The notes beneath the pieces were generated by a model that was not told where the DNA came from, made no database searches, and worked only from the letters and a program-made list of their open reading frames with translations. Shown one piece after another: positions 10,087 to 19,193 of a DNA stretch of 64,000 nt. Position 1 is the stretch's first letter. Every line of letters begins with the position of its first letter. The translations under genes and the position numbers were made by a program. The DNA lies in NCBI GenBank assembly GCA_026418615.1, contig JAOAAY010000001.1, forward strand, positions 142,052 through 206,051. The letters are read 5' to 3'. Source of the stretch: Candidatus Sumerlaeaceae bacterium. Lineage in GTDB: Bacteria; Sumerlaeota; Sumerlaeia; Sumerlaeales; Sumerlaeaceae.

Positions 10087-11121
10087 TCAGTCCTCGGATT
10101 GCTGCGCGGCCTGCTCGACCGCATCCCACCGGATGCGTTTATGGTAGCGGACAGAGGTAATCAGAATGAAGACAAAACCGAGCAAGGCCCCGTAGAAGAG
10201 GGTCGAGAGGCGTACGATGAAGATGGCGGGCGTCGCCTGATGCGCAGGCACCCCCAGATAGGTGAGCATCACAGCCATGCTGCTCTCAAATCCGCCCAAC
10301 CCGCCGGGCAGGAAAAACAGCAGCCCCCCGAAAATCGTGGACATGCAAAACACAAAAGCCGCCTGCCCAAGGTTGGTATGCGGCGCTCCCACACCCGCAA
10401 GGATGAGATCGAAAGCCACGCACTCAAAAAACCACGACACAGATCCCATGGTGGTCGTGATGAGCAGGTTGCGGACGGTCAAGAGCGGGTAGGTCGCATC
10501 ATAAAGATCCTTGAACTTCTCCACAGTAGCCCGGGTGCGCGGCCTGCGGCCGGCCCACTCCAGCACGGCGTGAATCAGGCGCCGCTGGCGGCCCAGCCAG
10601 ATCACTGCCGCCATGAATACCGCTGACAGAACCAGCAGTCCCAAAACGAGTCCCGTTCCAAGGCCGCCGGCGTCCGCCCCCTGCACGCGCCCGGCAAGAA
10701 AATAACCGGCCGCGCCCGCGGCCAACACGATCATGCCCAGCAGGTCGGAGGCCCTCTCGCACAACACCAGCGGGATGGTTCGCCTCATTTTTTGCCCGAA
10801 GTACTCCTTGTACATAAAAGGCTTGATAATCTCCCCGACACGGCCGGGGGAAATGCACATGGAATAACCGGAGAAAAACACCAGAAAACTTCCGCTGCGA
10901 GGCACCGCAATGCCTGCCGCGCGCCGGAAGTAGTCCCATTTGAGTTCGCGCAAAAGAAAATTGACCGTCACGCAAACCAGGATCAGCGGCATCTGCACCC
11001 AGGGAAAAGCCTGCAGCGTGGCGATGTTTTTGCGTGAGTCACTCCAGATGACCAGCGCCGCGTACACGATAATCGCGAGCGCCAGCACCCAGACCGAGCG
11101 AGTGATGACCTTGCGCTTCAC
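10087..11121 (-). CDS. UPF0104 / lysylphosphatidylglycerol synthase TM-domain (flippase-like) membrane protein
   Basis: Polytopic; PGRVGE, ER.SD and PGGLGGFE motifs. Start (GTG) is uncertain. Confidence 0.8.
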   Translation of the reverse strand: MKRKVITRSVWVLALAIIVYAALVIWSDSRKNIATLQAFPWVQMPLILVCVTVNFLLRELKWDYFRRAAGIAVPRSGSFLVFFSGYSMCISPGRVGEIIKPFMYKEYFGQKMRRTIPLVLCERASDLLGMIVLAAGAAGYFLAGRVQGADAGGLGTGLVLGLLVLSAVFMAAVIWLGRQRRLIHAVLEWAGRRPRTRATVEKFKDLYDATYPLLTVRNLLITTTMGSVSWFFECVAFDLILAGVGAPHTNLGQAAFVFCMSTIFGGLLFFLPGGLGGFESSMAVMLTYLGVPAHQATPAIFIVRLSTLFYGALLGFVFILITSVRYHKRIRWDAVEQAAQQSED

Positions 11122-11272
11122 TTTTCCGAGCCCGCGCAAGGGCACTGGGCAACGCCGGCAATGGCAAGAGGAATTGCTTGAACTCGCCGTGAAACACCAA
11201 AAGCCTCGCTTGTATGACAAACGAGCAAAATCGCGTTCGGCGGCCTGATTGTCGCCGGGAATTGGAAGCGTA

Positions 11273-11716
11273 ATGGAAGTTATTCTGTTTGACGATGTGA
11301 AGGACCTCGGCCGTCAGGGAGATGTGGTCAAAGTCGCTCCGGGGTATTTTCGTAATTTCCTTTCACCCAAGGGACTTGCCGCCGAGGCGACCCCGGCCAA
11401 CCGCCACCGGTTCGAGAAAATGAAGAAGAAGCAGCAGGAACTGGCGGCCGCAAGGCTGGCGGATGCGCAGGCCCTCGCCAAGAAGATCGAGGGGATCACT
11501 GTCACAGTGAAAGCCAAAGCCGGCGAAACCGAGCGTCTCTTCGGCTCCGTGACCCAGCACGACATCGCCGAGGCCCTCGCTGCTGCAGGATATCATGTGG
11601 ACAAACGCCACATCATTCTGGAGGAGCACATCAAGCAACTCGGCCTGTTTACTGTGGGCGTTCAGATCCACCCGCAGGTCGAGGGCAAGATCCGCGTTCT
11701 CGTCGAGCGCGCCTGA
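11273..11716 (+). CDS. rplI: 50S ribosomal protein L9
   Basis: MEVILFDDVKDLGRQGDVVKVAPGYFRNFL; LFGSVT. Confidence 0.97.
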   Translation: MEVILFDDVKDLGRQGDVVKVAPGYFRNFLSPKGLAAEATPANRHRFEKMKKKQQELAAARLADAQALAKKIEGITVTVKAKAGETERLFGSVTQHDIAEALAAAGYHVDKRHIILEEHIKQLGLFTVGVQIHPQVEGKIRVLVERA

Positions 11717-11800
11717 GCCGGCTCTTTACCCCCCCGGTTCCCTGCCCGCCGTATGCGCTACGCGTGGTGTGGCCATTTGAAACCTGATCGCGGGATTGCA

Positions 11801-11905
11801 GGAAAAGGAAAAGGACGGGAGTGCGAGCCCAAGGGGGAGGAAGACTCGCTCGCGGAACCGCGCTGGTGCGACGCGGTTGGTGCGTCCGCTTTGCTCCCGT
11901 CTCGC
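11801..11905 (-). ncRNA. Candidate structured small RNA (three helices, C/U-rich loop, U-rich tail)
   Basis: Hand-folded helices GACGGGAG/CTCCCGTC, ACCGCG/CGCGGT and GCGAGTC/GGCTCGC, followed by CTTTTCCTTTTCC. It lies between convergent rplI and ilvC, beyond the ilvC terminator. Confidence 0.4.
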
Positions 11906-11953
11906 TTCGAATATGCACCAAATCGGTCCTCGATATTCAAGCGCAAAATTTGC

Positions 11954-11992
11954 AAAAAAATGGGGGGCTCCGCCGCTCATGGCGAAGCCCCC
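11954..11992 (-). terminator. Intrinsic terminator of ilvC
   Basis: Minus strand reads GGGGGCTTCGCC-ATGAGC-GGCGGAGCCCCC followed by CA and T7. Confidence 0.85.
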
Positions 11993-12014
11993 TCAAGCGT
12001 GAACGGGAACCGCT

Positions 12015-13082
12015 TTACTTCTTTTTCTTCGAGGCCTTCGACGGCTTTTCGGCCTTCTTGGCGGGTTCTTTGGCTGCGGGGGCCGGTTTGCCCTTTTGCA
12101 GCCAACTCATCATGCCGCGCAGGCGCTCGCCAACGGCCTCGATCTCGAGTTCAGCAGCCCGACGGCGCAAGGCCTTGAACATGGGCCGCCCCGCCTGATT
12201 CTCCAAAATCCATTCGCGGGCAAACTCGCCGCGCTGGATCTCCCCAAGGATGCGTTTCATCTCATCTTTGACCGATTGGCTGATCACACGCGGACCCCGG
12301 GTCAAGTCGCCGTATTCGGCCGTGTCACTGATCGAGTAGCGCATATTCGCCAGACCCTTCTCGTAAATCAGGTCAACAATCAGTTTGACCTCATGGCAGC
12401 ATTCAAAATAGGCAATCTCCGGCTGGTAACCCGCCTCAACCAGCGTGTTAAAACCCTGCACTATCAGTTCGCACAGCCCCCCGCACAGGACCACCTGCTC
12501 GCCAAACAGGTCAGTTTCGGTTTCCTCTTTGAATGTTGTCTCTAGCACGCCGGCGCGTGTGGCCCCGACAGCCTTGGCGTGGGCAAGGGCGAGGTCATGG
12601 GCTTTGCCCGTATAGTCCTGATGGATGGCAATCAGGGCCGGGACGCCGCCGCCCTCCACAAAGACCCGGCGCACGAGATGTCCCGGGCCCTTCGGCGCGA
12701 TCATGTACACATCCACATTTTTCGGCGGCACAATCGTGCCAAAGTGAATGTTGAAACCGTGAGACCAGACGAGGGCTTTGCCGGGCTTCAATTGAGGCCG
12801 GATGGATTCCTCGTAAACGGCCGGTTGGCGCTCGTCCGGCACCAGCAACTGGATGACATCGGCCTTGGCGGCGGCCTCAGCGGCGCTCAGCGGCGAGAAA
12901 CCGTGGCTCTTTGCGATTTCGTAATTGGTGCCGCCGGGCAACTCGGCGATGATGACATTCACGCCGCTGTCACGCATGTTTTGAGCCTGTGCGTGCCCCT
13001 GACTGCCATAGCCGATAATGGCAACAGTCTTACCCTGCAGGGGCTTGAGCGTGGCGTCTTTCTCGTAGTACATTTTCACCAT
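12015..13082 (-). CDS. ilvC: Ketol-acid reductoisomerase
   Basis: [32 protein letters not shown]; Lys-rich C-terminal tail. Confidence 0.97.
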   Translation of the reverse strand: MVKMYYEKDATLKPLQGKTVAIIGYGSQGHAQAQNMRDSGVNVIIAELPGGTNYEIAKSHGFSPLSAAEAAAKADVIQLLVPDERQPAVYEESIRPQLKPGKALVWSHGFNIHFGTIVPPKNVDVYMIAPKGPGHLVRRVFVEGGGVPALIAIHQDYTGKAHDLALAHAKAVGATRAGVLETTFKEETETDLFGEQVVLCGGLCELIVQGFNTLVEAGYQPEIAYFECCHEVKLIVDLIYEKGLANMRYSISDTAEYGDLTRGPRVISQSVKDEMKRILGEIQRGEFAREWILENQAGRPMFKALRRRAAELEIEAVGERLRGMMSWLQKGKPAPAAKEPAKKAEKPSKASKKKK

Positions 13083-13184
13083 GTTAGGTTTGCCGTCCTT
13101 GGAGGTGGGTTTCGTTGACTGGCAACGAGCAATCGCCCGTTGCCCTTCAAGTCAAATGCCATTTCCGGCGCCCTCAGCGGGGCG

Positions 13185-15068
13185 TTACGCGTTCAGTTGC
13201 CGGAGTGTCTGTCCAGCGCGCCGGCGCTCCTCGCTCGCTTGCGGCGCGGCCCGCTCTACATGTTGAAGCAGCACACGGGCGTCATCCGTGTAGCCGGTTG
13301 ACAGATAGTAGTCGGCCAAGGCCATCCAATAGGCGTAATTGTCCGGTGCCAGATGAATGGCGGTCATCAGATCGCGCTCCACCTGGCCGTCTCGGGCAGC
13401 CCCAAGGCGGGCCATGCGTTCGCGCGCCATCTCGGCCAGCCGCGCCGCACTCGTCGCCGCATCGGCACTGCGCAGGGCGGCCGTGCCGGTAAGATTTCGG
13501 TCAAGCAATTGAATGAATGTCTCATCGGGATACGATCCGCGTGCCCCCCGGTACAAATCGCGGGCCGCAATCAAATAGGCGCGGGCCAGATGATAGCGCT
13601 CCGGATCCTTGAAAAACTCCTTGCCCCGGCGGTCGCGCCGCTCCGCTACAATCAATGAAGAGTCGGGCCGCGAGAGCGGCAGTTGGGCCGTAATCTTGTC
13701 AATCTCTTCGGCGACCCTCGCACTTTCATACGAGGGATATAACTCGGCAAACCCCACGAGGACTTCCCGGGCCTGGAGTGTTTTGCCTTCCGCGCGTAAC
13801 GCCGAAACCTGCGACAAAGTGCGGCGGTATTCGGCCTCTGCTGCCTCCTGCGTTCCTTGCGAAGCGTCCTCTCGCCAAAGACCATTGCTGACTCCCGCGA
13901 ACACCAATGCCAACGCGATGATCACGATGGCGCCGATAGCGGGCCACCACCGCGCCATGGGACGCAACAACTCTACGAACCGGACAAGGCCCCCGCTCGA
14001 ATCGCCTGTAATGTCGGAAACCCTGCGGGGAGGCGGTGTACCGGGCGGCGGTGGCGGGGTTGTCGGACCGGGAGTCTGCTCGCCTTCGGCGGCGACACGC
14101 GGCGTGGACATTTCGGCTGTCACAGGTTTAGGCGGTGTCGGAGCCGGTCTCACCGGCACCATGGCAGAGGAGGATTCCATCCGCCGCGTTGGATCAAATG
14201 AAGCAGCAGAAACCCCTCCGTTGATCCGGATGGCCGAGCGGCCCTCTACTGCCGCCTCCAGCGCCTCGGCCATTTGTTCGCCGGTGGCATAGCGCAGGTC
14301 GCGGCTTTTCTCGAGTGCCCGCATGATGACCTTCTCAACGGGCGGGGTCACGGCAGGGTTGATCTGCGAGAGGGGCGGCGGCTGTTCGTAAAGATGTTTT
14401 GTGGCAATAGCAATCGGATTTTCACCGTCAAACGGCGGCTGGCCGGCAAGGCAGTAATACAGGCACACGCCCAGCGAGTACAAATCCGACTGCCCGTCCA
14501 CGCCCTTGCCGGTCACCTGCTCGGGCGACATGAAGCGCGGCGTCCCCATACTGACGCCCGTCTGCGTCTTGAACTTGGACTCCATGAACCGCGCGATGCC
14601 GAAATCGGTGATTTTCGCAACGCCCTGCGGCGTGATAATAATATTATCCGGTTTGATGTCGCGGTGGACAACATTGAAACCATGGGCATAGTGCAGCGCC
14701 CGCGCGACCTGGGCTCCAATGCTGACCACCTCGGTTTCCGACATGGCCGCCCGGCGGTCTATCTTGGCCTGCAGACTCTCCCCTTCGACAAACTCCATAA
14801 TGATGCAAAATGTATGGTTGTACGGTTCGATGTCGTAAACGGCCACAATATTGGGATGGCTCATGCGGCCGACAATCTCGGCCTCCTGCCGGAACCGGGC
14901 GCGAAACTCGATATCCGACGCGAGTTCCTCTGAGAGCATTTTGACCGCCACGGTGCGGCCAAGGGTTTTCTGGACCGCTTTGTAAACCGTGCCCATGCCG
15001 CCGCGACCCACCAGCGCGATACACTCATACTTGCCGGCAATGATCCCTGGAAGTTTCGTGGGCATCAT
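13185..15068 (-). CDS. Membrane-anchored Hanks-type Ser/Thr protein kinase with Pro-rich linker, TM and TPR-like extracytoplasmic domain
   Basis: GRGGMGTVY, VAVK, HRDIKPDN, DFGIA, GTPRFMSPEQ, SDLYSLG; TM segment WWPAIGAIVIIALALVFAGV. Confidence 0.92.
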   Translation of the reverse strand: MMPTKLPGIIAGKYECIALVGRGGMGTVYKAVQKTLGRTVAVKMLSEELASDIEFRARFRQEAEIVGRMSHPNIVAVYDIEPYNHTFCIIMEFVEGESLQAKIDRRAAMSETEVVSIGAQVARALHYAHGFNVVHRDIKPDNIIITPQGVAKITDFGIARFMESKFKTQTGVSMGTPRFMSPEQVTGKGVDGQSDLYSLGVCLYYCLAGQPPFDGENPIAIATKHLYEQPPPLSQINPAVTPPVEKVIMRALEKSRDLRYATGEQMAEALEAAVEGRSAIRINGGVSAASFDPTRRMESSSAMVPVRPAPTPPKPVTAEMSTPRVAAEGEQTPGPTTPPPPPGTPPPRRVSDITGDSSGGLVRFVELLRPMARWWPAIGAIVIIALALVFAGVSNGLWREDASQGTQEAAEAEYRRTLSQVSALRAEGKTLQAREVLVGFAELYPSYESARVAEEIDKITAQLPLSRPDSSLIVAERRDRRGKEFFKDPERYHLARAYLIAARDLYRGARGSYPDETFIQLLDRNLTGTAALRSADAATSAARLAEMARERMARLGAARDGQVERDLMTAIHLAPDNYAYWMALADYYLSTGYTDDARVLLQHVERAAPQASEERRRAGQTLRQLNA

Positions 15069-15314
15069 GGGTCAGCAGTGGGCAAAGTAGAAATGGCTCG
15101 CGCGGCCACCGCAGCAGCGGCCGGGCGCAGCATGGCCGGCCCGCGCGCCTGCCAACAGCAGCCCCCGGCGCGGCGAACCGCCAATCCTCAACGAGTCGGC
15201 GGAAACGATGCTCAACGCGCCTCCTCAATCCGCCGGCCCATACCAACCGTCAAGACCGATTGAGACCTCCCGGCAGAATACCGATGCCGAAACAATGTAC
15301 CCCAAACCGTCCGT

Positions 15315-15391
15315 GCCCGGTTCGTCTAGCGGTTTAGGACATCGCCCTCTCACGGCGAAGATCACGGGTTCGAATCCCGTACCGGGTACCA
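15315..15391 (+). tRNA. tRNA-Glu (anticodon CTC)
   Basis: Acceptor stem GCCCGGT/ACCGGGT, anticodon arm TCGCC-CTCTCAC-GGCGA, T arm ACGGG-TTCGAAT-CCCGT, encoded CCA. Confidence 0.95.
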
Positions 15392-15611
15392 TCCTTCCCT
15401 CCGAACCCCTGTGGCTTGATCCAACCGCTGTCAGTCGGAAGCATGCGGTCGAATTGCCCCTCTGATCGGCTTTCCGGCTGTTTCTTGCCATGGACGACTG
15501 CGTTGGAAGGTTCGTGCCGTTCACGCAAACAGCCCACTAAGCATTGACTCCGCCCCGTCAGGCCGGCCCCCTGTCATTCAGGATACCATCAAGGAGTGTA
15601 CGCGATCCGAT

Positions 15612-16442
15612 ATGCCGGCGTTGCGCGAAACCATTGCGGAGGCGACCGCGTTCATCCGCAAACAAACGAGCATTCAACCCGAAGTGGGCATTATCCTCGG
15701 CACAGGCATGGGGGCCATGGCCTCCGAGGTCACGGATGCCACGGTCATCGATTACGGTGACATCCCTCATTTCCCGGTCTCAACGGTAGAGTCGCACCAC
15801 GGACGCCTACACCTCGGCACCTTTGCCGGCAAACGCGTCTTCATGATGCAGGGGCGGTTCCACTATTACGAAGGCTACACGATGCAGCAGATCACCTTTC
15901 CTGTGCGCGTGATGCGCGCACTGGGGGTCAAGGCCCTCATCGTGATGAATGCCGTGGGCAGCATGAACCCCTTTATCCGAAAGGGGTCCCTCGTGCTGGT
16001 GCAGGATCACATCAATCTGATGGGCGACAATCCGCTGATCGGCCCAAACGATGACGAACTTGGTCCGCGGTTTCCCGACATGAGCGAGCCATACTCTCGC
16101 GACCTCATCGCCCTTGCCGAGCAGGTGGCGCTCGACGAGCGCCTTCCGCAGGTGCACCGCGGCGTGATGGTCGCCGTCACTGGGCCAAACCTTGAGACGG
16201 CCGCCGAATACCGGATGTTTCAGCGTATCGGAGCGGACATCGTGACCATGTCCACCGTACCAGAGGTCATTGTGGCGGTCCATGGAGGCTTGAAGGTGCT
16301 GGCCATTTCAACCGTCACCGATGAATGCCTGCCCGACGCCCTCCAGCCCGCACTGCTGGAGGAAATCATCAAGGTGGCCAATGAAACCGAACCGAAACTC
16401 CGGCGACTGGTTCGCGGTGTGGTCGAGCGGATGGTGCTCTGA
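15612..16442 (+). CDS. punA: Purine-nucleoside phosphorylase (trimeric type)
   Basis: GIILGTG, QGRFHYYEG, DHIN, RFPDMS, GPNLET.AE, MSTVPE. Confidence 0.93.
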   Translation: MPALRETIAEATAFIRKQTSIQPEVGIILGTGMGAMASEVTDATVIDYGDIPHFPVSTVESHHGRLHLGTFAGKRVFMMQGRFHYYEGYTMQQITFPVRVMRALGVKALIVMNAVGSMNPFIRKGSLVLVQDHINLMGDNPLIGPNDDELGPRFPDMSEPYSRDLIALAEQVALDERLPQVHRGVMVAVTGPNLETAAEYRMFQRIGADIVTMSTVPEVIVAVHGGLKVLAISTVTDECLPDALQPALLEEIIKVANETEPKLRRLVRGVVERMVL

Positions 16443-16454
16443 GGCTCTTCCGCC

Positions 16455-17390
16455 ATGCTGACCGACAGTGTCCTCAGCCTGATTGGCAACACTCCCCTTG
16501 TCCGGATCGGCCAAGAGAACATCTACGCCAAGGCGGAGTTCCTGAACCCCGGAGGCAGCGTCAAAGACCGAGTGGCTCTGGCCATGCTCGAAGGCGCCGA
16601 ACGGGACGGACGCCTAAAGTCCGACTCGATCATCGTGGAGCCAACTTCAGGCAATACAGGCATCGGCGTGGCGCTCGTGGGACGGCTAAAGGGTTATCAA
16701 GTCCGGATCGTCATGCCGGAGGGGATGAGCGAAGAGCGTAAGAAACTGATCGAGGCGTTGGGGGCCGAATTGATTCTCACCCCAGACTCGGAGAGCATCC
16801 TCGGCGCCGTGCAGCGGGTGCGACAGATGGCTGCCGAGGATCCGCGTGTATTTGTACCCCAGCAATTTGAGAACCCCGAAAACCCCCGCGTGCATTACAC
16901 CGGGACTGCCAGCGAACTCTGGAGCCAGATGGCGGGTGAGGTGGGATGCTTTGTCGCGGGTATCGGCAGTGGCGGCACGATGCAGGGCGTCGGAACATTC
17001 CTGAAAGAGCGCCGACCCGATGTCAAATTGATCGCCGTCGAACCCAAAAATGTGTCGGCTCTGCTGGGGCATGAGCCGGGACTGCATCAGATTCAAGGCA
17101 TTGGCGACGGCTTCGTGCCTGCCATTTTGGATGTTTCTCTGATTGATGATGTGGTTGAAGTGACCGACGAGGACGCTATCGAGACGACCCGCGAGTTGAG
17201 CCGGGATTTCGGGCTGTTGGTCGGAATTTCATCGGGGGCCAATGTGTGGGCGGCGCGCCAGATTGCGAAACGATTCAAGGGGAACATCGCAACCGTGCTG
17301 GCCGATCGGGCCGAGCGGTACTTTAGCACGGCACTCATGGGACACCCGCCACGCCGCACCATGCCGTCAGAGGCTGCCGCAGTCCATTAG
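16455..17390 (+). CDS. cysK: Cysteine synthase A
   Basis: NPGGSVKDR PLP lysine, EPTSGNTG, GSGGT, HQIQGIG. Confidence 0.9.
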   Translation: MLTDSVLSLIGNTPLVRIGQENIYAKAEFLNPGGSVKDRVALAMLEGAERDGRLKSDSIIVEPTSGNTGIGVALVGRLKGYQVRIVMPEGMSEERKKLIEALGAELILTPDSESILGAVQRVRQMAAEDPRVFVPQQFENPENPRVHYTGTASELWSQMAGEVGCFVAGIGSGGTMQGVGTFLKERRPDVKLIAVEPKNVSALLGHEPGLHQIQGIGDGFVPAILDVSLIDDVVEVTDEDAIETTRELSRDFGLLVGISSGANVWAARQIAKRFKGNIATVLADRAERYFSTALMGHPPRRTMPSEAAAVH

Positions 17391-17462
17391 GCCCCTCAGC
17401 GGCTGTCACAGCCCGGCCGTCCGAGCATGCAGCGCCTTGCTTTGGGTTTTTGAGGGCAAACC

Positions 17463-18905
17463 TCAATCCAGCCGGAATCTGCTGACCGTCACGGGCAAAT
17501 GCATCAGGTACGGATCCGCCCAAGAATAAAACGGTGTGTTGTCACCGTTCACAGACAGCCGGTATGCCGGAACGCTGCAAGTATGGGTCTTGAAGTCGTA
17601 CGAGTACCCGTTTCCCACCCAGGTCCGTAGCACATCGGAGTAGATTAGCGTCTGACCGGCCGCAACCCGCGTCCGGACGGTCTGCGCATCCTCCCGGAGC
17701 ACATAGGCCTCGCCGGAGCCATCCACATACCCCACGCGGTTGCGATCAATGAACATGGCCGTGTTTTCGCTGACGGCGACACACACGATCTCTGTCGTGC
17801 GGTTGTCTTGCCTCAGGCGCGCCATAAATGCCATCGCCCGCCCCATCCGGTCGCGCTGCCGAAAATGAGTGTCGGTAATCATATTATCCATCAGCGGCAA
17901 ATCCAAAAAGCCATCCGAGATGATGACCCCGCTGCGGTAGGGGTTGGCGACCGCCTCGGCACTCGTGACGGCTGTCACTCCGTCGGGATCGTACATGAAT
18001 TCCCCCATGATCGCACAGCCCGCCGAAAGCCCGCCGACAACTCCACCGCGGTCGTACACCTGCCGGATGGCGTCCTCGGCCAGCGTGTCCTTCCATGCAT
18101 TCAATTGCTCGGACTGATCGCCGCCCGCCACCCACAACAATTCGGCGTTGCCAATCACCCACTGCGCGTAAGCCGAATTAGCCTTGGCGACCGAATCGAG
18201 GAGCAGCGTTTCGACGGAGTGCGGCTTCGTGGGACCGGAGGTCAGGTTATACAGGTAATTGTTGTACCCGTTGGAGCCGCTTGTCCGGATGACCACGACA
18301 TCGCCACCGTTGGCGATGGGATAGGCGCGGTTGACGAAGGCCGCGTCAACTTCGGAGCCGCCACCCATCAAAAGCACTGCGGGCCCGCCGACCGGTTGCG
18401 TGGGTGAGTCCGCGGCGTTGCCAGTCACCCAGACGCGCAAGTTAATCGGTCGCGGCGGGCGCCCGCTGCCGTCGGGAAAAGTCACCAACAACTGGTAGGT
18501 GCCAGTACCCGCAGTGCGGCTGACCTCAATATAGTAGCGCCCCGCGGCAGATACCGAAACCGATCCGATCTCCGAAGGTCCGCTATCCGTGCCGCCGCCC
18601 AGATAGGTCCCGGCACTGTCGTAGAGGCGCCAGTTAAAGTTATCCGGCGATGTGTAATACACGGCCGCCTCAACAGAACCGGACGATACCGTGTCAAAGT
18701 AAAACCAATCCACATCACTTGCGGAACTGATGGACGCGCTCACCTGGACACCGTATCCCACCGGGCCGTTGGCTTGCGCGCGTGTGTTGTTGCTCTCCGT
18801 CTCGCCAGTAATCTGGGCTGACAAGGCCGTCGCACAGCACAAAACTGCAGCGACCGCTGATTGGCGAAGGCTCAGTAGTCGGGAAAGGAAGGACATCACC
18901 TTCAT
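17463..18905 (-). CDS. Secreted cyanophycinase-like peptidase (S51) with an N-terminal PPC-like domain
   Basis: Signal peptide; E.E.NN...DVDWFYF (PPC-like); LMGGG, AGGDQ, GGLSAG nucleophile, DTHFRQRDRMGR. Confidence 0.82.
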   Translation of the reverse strand: MKVMSFLSRLLSLRQSAVAAVLCCATALSAQITGETESNNTRAQANGPVGYGVQVSASISSASDVDWFYFDTVSSGSVEAAVYYTSPDNFNWRLYDSAGTYLGGGTDSGPSEIGSVSVSAAGRYYIEVSRTAGTGTYQLLVTFPDGSGRPPRPINLRVWVTGNAADSPTQPVGGPAVLLMGGGSEVDAAFVNRAYPIANGGDVVVIRTSGSNGYNNYLYNLTSGPTKPHSVETLLLDSVAKANSAYAQWVIGNAELLWVAGGDQSEQLNAWKDTLAEDAIRQVYDRGGVVGGLSAGCAIMGEFMYDPDGVTAVTSAEAVANPYRSGVIISDGFLDLPLMDNMITDTHFRQRDRMGRAMAFMARLRQDNRTTEIVCVAVSENTAMFIDRNRVGYVDGSGEAYVLREDAQTVRTRVAAGQTLIYSDVLRTWVGNGYSYDFKTHTCSVPAYRLSVNGDNTPFYSWADPYLMHLPVTVSRFRLD

Positions 18906-19193
18906 GGTACCCATCGCCGAATCGCTTACTCAATGTGATTCAGCCTCGAATCGGGTCATGCGCCCTGCAGGACCGATGAGACGATGTCGTGAAATTCATA
19001 GGGTGTCACAATAACGCGTCGCTGCCCAAGCGCGTGGGGCACCACCGACTTTTCACAGTTCCGCAATTCTGCCCCGGATAACCGCGCGGGGCGCATCGCG
19101 CGGCTCAAAACCGCATTGAGCCTGAGAATTTGCAGAGGCCCACGAAGGGTTGACACGGACTCGGCACAGCCCGTCTTTCGACCTCCGGCAACC

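Noticed and set aside
11273..11716. rplI (and trpA, amrS) detached from their usual operons
   Set aside because: Operon dispersal is pervasive in this window and is not informative by itself.
15315..15611. tRNA-Glu as an integration site for a mobile element
   Set aside because: No integrase is nearby, I saw no duplicated tRNA 3' end, and housekeeping genes follow directly.
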